Shown here: in pieces, positions 40,701-47,300 of the stretch
Position numbering within the stretch: the stretch's first letter is position 1
Layout of the letters: the number at the start of each line of letters is the position of its first letter
NCBI GenBank assembly: GCA_964476665.1
Contig: CAYZBO010000005.1
Location: 1-60,592, forward strand
Reading direction: 5' to 3'
Length of the DNA stretch: 60,592 bases
DNA from: an uncultured Chryseobacterium sp.
GTDB lineage: Bacteria; Bacteroidota; Bacteroidia; Flavobacteriales_F; PHOS-HE28
Position numbers and translations under genes: made by a program
Notes under the pieces: model-generated
Database searches by the model: none
The model's input: only the letters and a program-made list of their open reading frames with translations
Told to the model about the DNA's origin: nothing

Positions 40701-43266
40701 CCAGGGCGGTGACTGCGACGACACCGACGAGACCATCAACCCCGGCGCCGCCGACCCCTGCGATACCATCGACCAGGACTGCAGCGGCGGGCCCGTGCTC
40801 AGCACCTGGTTCGTGGACAACGACGGTGACGGCTTCGGCAACGACGCCACCACCACGCAGGATTGCACGCAGCCCACCGGGTACGTGGCCATCAGCGGGG
40901 ACTGTGACGATACCAACAGCGATGTCTTCCCCGGCAATGGCTGCAGCAACTGCACGCTCACCGAGCAGGCGTGGCTCGCTGCGAACCAACAGACGCTGCT
41001 GGCGGCCGTGAACGACTGCACGCTGCAATGCTTCGGCGACCCCACCTGCATCGCCAGCTGTCTGCAGAGCAGCGGTGTACCACTGGGTGCCGTGTGCCTC
41101 AGCTGCATCGATGGCTACCTCCTGTGCGTACAGGACAACTGCAGTATCCAATGCCTCAACTCACCGGAATTCTGCTTCAGCTGCCAGGTGCAGGAGGGCT
41201 GTCTGGCCGCGCTGGCCAGCTGCATGGGCCAGGTGGATGCCGATGGCGACGGTTGGTGGGCCGGCAGCGACTGCGACGACAGCAACGGCAGCATATTCCC
41301 CGGGGCCACCGAGGTCTGCGACGGCGTGGACAACGATTGTGACGGCGATACGGACGAAGGGCTCAGCGTGACCTACTACACCGATGCGGACGGCGATGGC
41401 TTCGGCCTGGACGGCACGGAGATCACCGGCACCTGCGACCAACCGCCCGGCACGGCCACCCAGGGCGGCGACTGCGACGATGCGGACGACACGGTGTTCC
41501 CCGGCGCGCCGGAGCTCTGTGACGGCATCGACAACGACTGCAACGGCGAGACCGACGACAACGCGGGCACGCTCTACTACACCGATGCCGACGGCGATGG
41601 CTACGGCGATGATGCCACGGGCCAGTTCTCCTGCACGCCCATCCCCGGCACGGTGACCCTGGGCGGCGACTGCAACGATGCCAACGACGCCATCAACCCT
41701 GGCGCGGCCGACCCCTGCGATGCCATCGACCAGGACTGCAGCGGCGGACCGGTGCTCACCACCTGGTACCAGGACAACGACGGTGATGGCTTCGGCAACG
41801 ATGCGGTGAGCCTCAGCGATTGCGTGCAGCCCGTGGGCTACGTGGCGCAGCAGGGCGACTGCGACGACAGCAACAGCGACCTCTTCCCGGGCAACGGTTG
41901 CAGCACATGCAGCGTGACCGAGCAGCAGTGGCTCGCCACCAACCAGCAGACCCTGCTGAACGCGCTGAACAGCTGCGCCCTGCAGTGCCTCACGGGCGAT
42001 CCGGGGTGCATCAGCAGTTGCCTGCAGGATGAAGGGGTGCCGCTGGGCGCCTTCTGCCTCACCTGCGTGGAGGACTACGTGCTGTGCTGGCAGGGCAACT
42101 GCCCGATCCAATGCCTCGGCAGTGAGCAGGCCTGCCTGGAATGCCAGCTGCAGAGCGGCTGCTTCGCCACCTTCGCCAGCTGCCTGGGCATGGTGGACGC
42201 GGACGAGGATGGCTGGTGGGCCGGCAGCGACTGCGACGACAACGATCCTGCGGTGAACCCGGGCGCGAGCGAAGTGTGCAACGGGGTGGACGATGACTGC
42301 GACGGCACCGTGGACAACAACACCGGCGATGCCTACTACCCCGATGCGGACGGCGATGGCTTCGGCGACAGCGATGGCATGGTGCTGTCCTGCACCCCCG
42401 TGCCCGGCTTCATCACACAGGCCGGCGACTGCAACGACAACGACGCCACGGTGAACCCCCTGGGTACGGAGACCTGCAACGGGCTGGACGATGACTGCGA
42501 TGGCGAGGTGGATGAGGATTGCGTGCTGCTGGACCTGAAGGTGCTGCTGGACGGTCCGTACAGCCCCAGCACCGGCCTGATGAACGACGGCCTGCGCGCC
42601 CTGGGCCTGGTGCCCACCACGGAGCCCTACAGCGCGCTCGGCTACAGCTACACGGGCGGCAGCGCCACTACGACATCGGCTGTCGTGCTGGCCACCACCG
42701 GTCCGGATGCCATTGTGGACTGGGTGGTGGTGGAGCTGCGGGCCGGCACCGACCCCACCAGCGTGGTACACAGCCGCTGTGCCCTGCTGCAGCGCGACGG
42801 TGATGTGGTGGACCTCGACGGCATCAACCCGCTGAGCCTGCAGGCTGCGCCGGGCGATCTGTACGTGGCGCTGCGCCACCGCAACCACCTGGGGGTGATG
42901 ACCGCGGTGCCCTTCCTGCTGAGCAACACGGTCACCACGATCGATCTGCGCACTGCGGCGGAGGCCTGCTTCGGGGCCGATGCGCGGCGCAGCGTGAGCG
43001 GTGCCTTCCCCGCCACCACCTTGTGGACCGGCGATGTGGACCGCAACAACGTGGTGCGCTACACCGGCCCCGCCAACGACCGCGACCCCCTGCTGCAGGC
43101 CATCGGCGGCTCGGTGCCCACCAACACCACCACCGGCTACCTGCCGCAGGACGTGAACATGGACGGCACCGTGAAGTACACCGGTCCGGCCAACGACCGC
43201 GACCCCATCCTGCAGACCGTGGGCGGCAGCGTGCCCACCAACACCCGCAGCGGCACCCTGCCCTGA
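34780..43266 (+). CDS. Giant secreted multidomain protein. Domain order is S8 (subtilisin-like) peptidase, MopE-like DNDCDG metal-binding motif arrays, LNR-like Cys modules, a thioredoxin-like domain, Cys-rich helical modules, and the shared C-terminal module.
   Basis: The ATG at 34780 gives the signal peptide MTHLYLRSCARLFLALCLLLCTLPSFAQQ. The S8 triad contexts are GIVDA, EHGTMVAGV and GNSFAVPHVAGA. About 17 copies of C(D/N)G.D(N/D)DCDG..DE..(W/Y)Y.DADGDG(F/Y)GD are present. Confidence 0.9.
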   Translation: MTHLYLRSCARLFLALCLLLCTLPSFAQQSWRPGEVLLLLRKDARPEAVRTELQRRLPTAVVLKEMTPLGRDSRYHLVRLDGTGIDEPTLERLLAQAPGVEATSLNYVLELRAQPNDALYADQWGMAAIDVEPVWNITTGGSMANGRRIAVGIVDALVQTTHPDLADNISPASTYAGEGSEHGTMVAGVVGATGNNGIGVSGVNWDVDLVPLGYGGTMAGAISGFEGALSLREDFTNSAGTEGALVVAVTVSWGLLGTSCGFGYAIFEDLGNAGVLAITAGPNEPVDIDVVPDFPSGCPNSNNIAVTCIGPNGENPFAVGNSTIHLQAPGLEIPTTSVNGGYVVTDGNSFAVPHVAGAVALLYSAPCPAFAQLVMTDPAAAAQLVKSAILQGGAPVPGGNNITITGRQLNVLGAYQMLMAQCIQTCTDLTMTFTPTEGTVAEAVITGPQGNVVTTASGPVLQGCWEDGCYQASFSAAGGAPVGGSWSVTDGAANVVDSGTSANGQVSFSFGTIVPGCTTPNSGNFDPGANCNDGSCCPGDIVRVKVLAEDLVSEGTAQVTITVGGSVVHDGPVAITAGADPEFGVGYAVGTVELCAPDGCMSIAVTSGSTPLHEVGFVYIGNDGPIPFQLADGHLGAVGNAGGLEVCDGQDNDCDGEVDEDFRWYADADGDGFGDPATLQIACSPVPGAVQNGIDCNDADATITAVGSACDDGDPNTLNDFVRSNCQCAGIDQGSCPPGEIPDCNGNCAPADWLGDGLCNNGSMEWQGNLIVFTCAELNNDGGDCFDPCGPEICDGLDNDCDGEVDEDHTWYTDADGDGFGDDATATVSCLPPLGAVLVGGDCDDGNNAVHPGATEACDTIDNDCDGAVDEDFIWYEDADGDGLGNDATVQFSCTPLSGFVHVGGDCNDSDAGIAGVGAACDDGNPATVYDIVRTDCQCQGFIQGTCPPGQIEDCNGNCAPVFWLADGLCDDGSSMWEGNLIFLNCPGLSYDMGDCSIPCLPETCDGLDNDCDGAVDEDFVWYTDADGDGYGDDATAQASCVPVPGAVQVAGDCDDANAAVQGGVVLYVGSAFGITSGTAHYVITQGATTHEGDMALTDTGADYAAGSVSVCLGAGCFSVQVTPNDVPLGEVAVVQMDLNPGQSGGFPVADGFFGSATPPASELCDGLDNDCDGEVDEDFRWYADADGDGFGDASTMQISCTPLPGFVQVVGDCNDADPGLTAIGMACDDGDPNTVNDTVRPDCSCLGLLPGECPPGEIADCNGNCAPAEWVGDGFCDDGSFEHNGNFIFFNCPEFGNDGGDCGGSGCVTEVCDGLDNDCDGEVDEDFVWYTDADADGFGDFATATISCTPLVGAVQLGGDCDDNDPATYPGAPEGCEGVDRNCDGIVPGANPNDVYSPDWTATATTGQSVNLYDLLAQGKTVVLDLFAAWCPPSQQMLTANFLQDWNAHMGPDGTDQIRIVAIAVDQSAGSVTPFIEEAQWPVIVQDGESFGPLYNAIGMYDNAVPTLLMICPDRSVTMLYPQPDDLPYTGLFNYDPAAGLALVNERCGCRSTCVANIGCMDPNSCDYDPDATCPGPCAQAQEWFADNDGDGVGGSSLGTACTQPPNSAPTGGDCDDDNASVQQGFTLIVLTNDPGDFGTAHYVIQHGGGILEGDLDLPQETEGIGELQVCIANGCYTISISQNDVLLWEEAYLLLPQAPEEPVVFSTFDGYQGGASAEVCDGIDNDCDGTVDEGCGNCSDADRAWILANQATIEGIVGNTFLSCGATEQCLLDALLAGTPLPESCATCVAQRYVCILESCLAQCVGGFGAPPCVECVNATCNAAYFACAGFTDNDGDGVVAELDCDDSDPNVFPGANEICDTIDNDCDGLIDETPTTYYADLDGDGWGDENNTVEGGCSPPNGATSQVGDCDDSDPDIYPGAPEICNGIDDDCDGEVDDNAGIAYYVDADGDGYGDINSEQFSCTPIPGLITQGGDCDDTDETINPGAADPCDTIDQDCSGGPVLSTWFVDNDGDGFGNDATTTQDCTQPTGYVAISGDCDDTNSDVFPGNGCSNCTLTEQAWLAANQQTLLAAVNDCTLQCFGDPTCIASCLQSSGVPLGAVCLSCIDGYLLCVQDNCSIQCLNSPEFCFSCQVQEGCLAALASCMGQVDADGDGWWAGSDCDDSNGSIFPGATEVCDGVDNDCDGDTDEGLSVTYYTDADGDGFGLDGTEITGTCDQPPGTATQGGDCDDADDTVFPGAPELCDGIDNDCNGETDDNAGTLYYTDADGDGYGDDATGQFSCTPIPGTVTLGGDCNDANDAINPGAADPCDAIDQDCSGGPVLTTWYQDNDGDGFGNDAVSLSDCVQPVGYVAQQGDCDDSNSDLFPGNGCSTCSVTEQQWLATNQQTLLNALNSCALQCLTGDPGCISSCLQDEGVPLGAFCLTCVEDYVLCWQGNCPIQCLGSEQACLECQLQSGCFATFASCLGMVDADEDGWWAGSDCDDNDPAVNPGASEVCNGVDDDCDGTVDNNTGDAYYPDADGDGFGDSDGMVLSCTPVPGFITQAGDCNDNDATVNPLGTETCNGLDDDCDGEVDEDCVLLDLKVLLDGPYSPSTGLMNDGLRALGLVPTTEPYSALGYSYTGGSATTTSAVVLATTGPDAIVDWVVVELRAGTDPTSVVHSRCALLQRDGDVVDLDGINPLSLQAAPGDLYVALRHRNHLGVMTAVPFLLSNTVTTIDLRTAAEACFGADARRSVSGAFPATTLWTGDVDRNNVVRYTGPANDRDPLLQAIGGSVPTNTTTGYLPQDVNMDGTVKYTGPANDRDPILQTVGGSVPTNTRSGTLP
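35128..35871 (+). other. S8 peptidase catalytic domain within the giant protein
   Basis: Asp (VGIVDALV), His (GSEHGTMVAGVVG) and Ser (DGNSFAVPHVAGAVALL) occur in the canonical order. An I9-like propeptide segment lies upstream. Confidence 0.8.
38968..39345 (+). other. Thioredoxin-fold (TlpA/AhpC-TSA-like) domain with a monothiol WCPPS motif
   Basis: GKTVVLDLFAAWCPPSQQM...IRIVAIAVDQS...VPTLLMICPDRSV has a redoxin-like layout. WCPPS is encoded at 39070-39084. Confidence 0.6.
42520..43263 (+). other. Shared C-terminal module, copy A (about 248 aa)
   Basis: VLLDGPY...GL.P..EPY.ALGY...AIVDWVVVELR...ALLQRDGDVVDLDG...YVALRHRNHLGVMT...GDVDRNNVVRYTGPANDRDPLLQ.IGG...DVNMDGTVKYTGPANDRDPILQTVGG. It aligns along its full length to copies B and C. 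Confidence 0.85.
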
Positions 43267-43274
43267 TCGCGGCC
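43033..43274 (+). repeat. 242-bp highly similar tract (3-prime end of the module plus 8 nt past the stop), copy 1
   Basis: Aligns to 52126..52367 at a constant offset of 9093 with few substitutions. The identity continues through TGATCGCGGCC. Confidence 0.85.
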
Positions 43275-43350
43275 TCTCCCCCGTTGATCGATGTACGCCG
43301 CCCGGCCCTTGTGGTCGGGCGGTGTGCGTGGGGGGGTGAGATCTCACCTG

Positions 43351-43374
43351 CCCGACCACGTCTTTTTCACCTGT
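43351..43374 (+). promoter_or_regulatory. Conserved intergenic motif CCCGACCACGTCTTTTTCACCTGT (copy 1)
   Basis: The same 24-mer, with 1-2 changes, occurs at 52383 and 59705. A -7-like TTCTTTCG ends at 43402, exactly 45 nt after the C of CACGT as in the other copies. The ATG is at 43406. Confidence 0.5.
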
Positions 43375-43405
43375 TGCAGGAGGGGGCACCCCGCTTCTTT
43401 CGCAG

Positions 43406-44029
43406 ATGATGCAAGCCAGGAACGGACCATCCATCCTCATCCTCAGCAACGAGCGCCTGTTCGCCGAGGGTTTGAAAGCCCTGCTGGAGCGTCGGCGGGG
43501 ATACGTGGTGGAGCTCATCACCACCATGGATGACCTGCTGCACCAGGTGCAGGAGCGCACCGCAGACCTGGTGCTGGTGGACCGGTCCCTGTTGCAGATG
43601 CACATCCTCCCCCTGGAGCGGATGCTGCGCAATGGACGGAGCACCGGGAAGTACATCGCCCTGTGCGCGAACCAGCAGGCAGGTCTCCTGCCAACGTGGA
43701 AGGAAATGGGCTATGCGGGAGCCGTCAAGCGCGGGGACAGCGCGGCCGACCTGTTCCGCACCGTGGAGGCCGTGCTTGCCGGCCGGGACCCGACACCTGC
43801 GGACAGCACCGCACACATGCACCCGAACGGGTCGTCCATGCCGCTTACACGCCGGGAAGCCGAAGTGGTGCTGCACCTGGCCAACGGGCTGTGCAGCCGC
43901 CTGATCGCGCTTCAGCTGGGGATCAGTCCCGCCACGGTGTTCACGCACCGGCGCAACATCGCCCGCAAGCTCGGCACGCGCAGTGCCGCCCACCTGATCA
44001 GCGAAGCACAGAACATGGGCCTCATCTGA
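43406..44029 (+). CDS. LuxR/NarL-family response regulator (atypical REC plus LuxR-type HTH)
   Basis: The C-terminal HTH is LTRREAEVVLHLANGLCSRLIALQLGISPATVFTHRRNIARKLG. The N-terminal REC-like domain has DLVLVD (a candidate phosphoacceptor) but SNE in place of the usual DD acidic pair. Confidence 0.85.
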   Translation: MMQARNGPSILILSNERLFAEGLKALLERRRGYVVELITTMDDLLHQVQERTADLVLVDRSLLQMHILPLERMLRNGRSTGKYIALCANQQAGLLPTWKEMGYAGAVKRGDSAADLFRTVEAVLAGRDPTPADSTAHMHPNGSSMPLTRREAEVVLHLANGLCSRLIALQLGISPATVFTHRRNIARKLGTRSAAHLISEAQNMGLI

Positions 44030-44316
44030 AACCGCCTTCCTGATGGAACGACCCGGCGCACCACAGCTCACCCCCGAACCATGAACGGATCGCTCCCCGC
44101 CCCCATGGTCGCTCTCATCAGCGCGTGCCGGACCGGGCCCCCTGTGGAGCATGCATGCATCCCAAGCGCTGCAGCTGCCGAACAGGCTCCTGCGGGCACG
44201 CACCATGCCCCGGCATGCGCGGACAAAAAAGCGGCCGCTGTAGTGCGCATACCTGAAACTGGGTATGCCTGATCATCTGAAGGACACCAATTTGCCCATC
44301 CCCAATTCATGCCAAC

Positions 44317-47300
44317 ATGACCCGTTCCTTGTTCCTGATCGCAGCGGTGGCCCTCGTGCTGGCCGGAAATGCCCAGACCAACGTCTCCGGCACCATTGCC
44401 AGCAACACCACCTGGACCACCACCGGCAGCCCTTACACCGTTACGGCCCAGCTCACCATCAACGCCGGGGTCACCCTCACCATCGACCCCGGGGTGCAGG
44501 TGCTGATGAACAGCACCAGCATCCAGGTGAACGGAACGCTCGATGCCGATGATGTGGATTTCGCAGCCAACGGTAGCCCCAACGGCTGGAACATCAGCGT
44601 GAACAACGGCGGGCTGGCCACGCTCACGGATTGCAGCATGGCGAACGGCAATCAGATCGGCGTGTCCGTCGGTGGCACTGCCACGTTGAGCGGCACCGGA
44701 CTCACGAACCTGGCCATCAATTCCGGGGGGACCATCAATATGACCGGTGGTGCTGTGACCAAACCGGGCAGCACCGCTGTGACCATTTCGGGCTCTGCCA
44801 CCTTCAATGGAACCTCCATCTCGAACAGCACCACAGCGGTTGCAGTGAACGCGGGTACGGCATCTTTCACCGGCGTTATCGTGGGTGCCAGCACCAATGC
44901 CTACACCCTCTCGGCTGGCACCACCACCATCCAGAGCCTCACCATCAGCGGCACCACCTACCCATTCACCTTCAATGGTCCCGCTGCGTTAGTGAACAAC
45001 GGTGGACACAGCATCAGCGGCAACACCTTCAATGTGGCCCGCACCGCCTTCAACACGCTGTCGACCAACTGGACAATGCCCTCGCTGCCCATCCCATGGT
45101 ACATGGAAAGCAGCAGCACGTTCACGGTGAACAGCGGCATCACATGGACCATCGCCTCCAACAACATCATCAAGCTGGGGGACAGCAAGCAGCTGGCCAT
45201 CAATGGCAAGGTGGTGGCCAACGCGGCCGCGGGTGAGAGCATCGTGTTCACCAGCTTCCGCGACGACAACCAGGGGGGCGACAGCAACGGCAACGGCTCG
45301 GGCAATGCGCCCAGCGTGGGCATCTGGCAGGGCCTGCGCTTCAGCAACCTGGCCGACCCCACCAGCTCCCTCACCCGCTGCACCTTCTTCTTCGCAGGCG
45401 AGTCCACCACCCGCGGCGCGGTGGACGTGAACACCATCGCCCCCAGCATCGTGGGCTGCACCTTCCAGCTGAACCGCTTCGGCATCACCCTGCGCAACGG
45501 CAGCCAGGCGCTGATCCAGGACTGCACCATCGGCAGCAGCACCAGCACCCCCATCGCCATGACGCTGGACTGCAACCCGCAGTTCGTGAACAACACCTTC
45601 TCCTTCATCGACAACCAATACGACGCCATCGGCATCCTCACCACCACGCTCACGGCGGACAACACGCTGGTGCAGCGCAATGTGACCGGCATCAACAACG
45701 TGACCTACGTGTTGCTTGGCACGATCGAGATCCCCGCAGGCCGCACGCTGAACATCGTGCCCGGCATCGTGATCAAGGCCACGAGCAGCCGCGACCTCAT
45801 GGTGGCCGGCACCCTGAACATGCTGGGCACCGCCGGGGAGCCGATCACCTTCACCAGCATCGCGGACGACAACGTGGGCAACCCGAACGACACCAACAAG
45901 GATGGCAACCTGAGCCTGCCTACCACTGCTGCGAACAGGCCTGGTGGCATCGGCATCAATACCGGAGCCACGGTGGCCCTGGAGCATGTGAACCTGAGGT
46001 TCTGCTCTTCGAGTACAACGGTCTTTGGCGTTGGATCATGGAGCCCCTTCATCAATTCTTGGATGGTCTTCGACCTCGGCGGAAGCGTCAGCTTGCAGAA
46101 CTGCCTGCTCAGCGATGGCACCTACGGCTACCAAGGCTCCGAGACCTCGGCCGCGGTCTTCACCAACGTCACCTTCCAGAACCTGTCGCAGGCACCCATC
46201 TCCATCCAGGCGCCGGCCAACCCCAGCTTCACCAACGTGGCCTTCACCAACGTGGGCCTGCGTGCACTGGGCATCCTGGGCGGCACCATCACCGTGAACG
46301 GATCGCTGCAGCAGCGCACCCTCGCGGGCTTCACCAACATCACGCAGGTGCTGTTGGGCAACCTTACCGTGGCGGCCGGCACCTACCTGGAGGTGCAACC
46401 CGGCGTGGTGTTGAAGGTAGGGCAGAGCGCAAGTTCCATTGAGGTGAACGGTGGCTTCCGCCTTTTTGGGACCGCAGGGCAACCAGTGGTGATCACCGAC
46501 TGGCGCGATGATGCCTACGGCAATCCGGCCGACACCAACGAGGATGGAGGCAACACAAGCCCGAACCCGGGCAACTGGGTCGGTATCCGGTACAATGCCG
46601 CGGCCGATGATGCTTACAATTCTGTGCAACACACGATCATCCGCTTTGCGGGGCAGGGGAGTTGTGATGCGGGTGCACGGGGGGCGGTAACCTACGTGAA
46701 TGCTGGCGGCACGATGAACAACAGCACCATCAGCAGCGGCATGTTCGGTCTGGTCTTCATCGGCAACTCGGACCCCGCCATCAGCACCATCAGTATCGAC
46801 AACTGCCGGATCGATGCCTTCGCGCAGTCCTGGGAAGCCACTCCGGCATTGAACAACATCAGCCTGGGCAATCAGAACGGCAGCAATGGGATCCGCCTGC
46901 TCAACGCCACCATCACCAGCGACCTCACCATCGGTCCCGGCTTCATCAACGGGGTGGGACCGGTGAGCTACCTATCCTCTGAACTCACGGTCGCCACTGG
47001 AGCGACCCTCACCATCCTGCCCGGGACTAACTTCAAATGGGGATCGCAGAACTACCCCAACTGGAGTTCCTGTGGATCGTCTTGTGTGTACTGGACCATC
47101 AATGGCGCCTTGGTCGCGGTGGGCACTTCGGGCCAACCCATCGTCTTCACTTCCTTCAAGGACGATTCGGTGGACGGGGATACCAATAACGACGGCAACT
47201 CTTCGACCCCCCAGGCAACCGATGGTACCAGAATAGTCTTTACGAGCACGTCCAATGCGGCATTGAACCAACTTCGACATTGCCAGTTGAGGTATTCTTC

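Noticed and set aside
43298-43322. Hairpin CCGCCCG-N11-CGGGCGG after the giant protease gene as a terminator
   Set aside because: The stem is only 7 bp with a large loop and no U-tract, which is too weak to call. Similar weak hairpins lie after 59633.
35869-43656. Very long antisense and off-frame ORFs inside the giant protease gene (35869..37611 -, 36186..37733 -, 38851..41151 -, 41161..43656 -, and several + frame ORFs)
   Set aside because: They are stop-free alternative frames of GC-rich repetitive coding DNA. Their translations are Arg/Ala/Gly/His/Val low-complexity with no motifs, while the sense frame has signal peptide, S8, MopE-like and thioredoxin signatures throughout.
43367-44206. 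279-aa minus-strand ORF overlapping the LuxR-type regulator
   Set aside because: The + strand frame has clear REC and LuxR HTH motifs. The minus frame is Arg/Gly/His-rich with no features.
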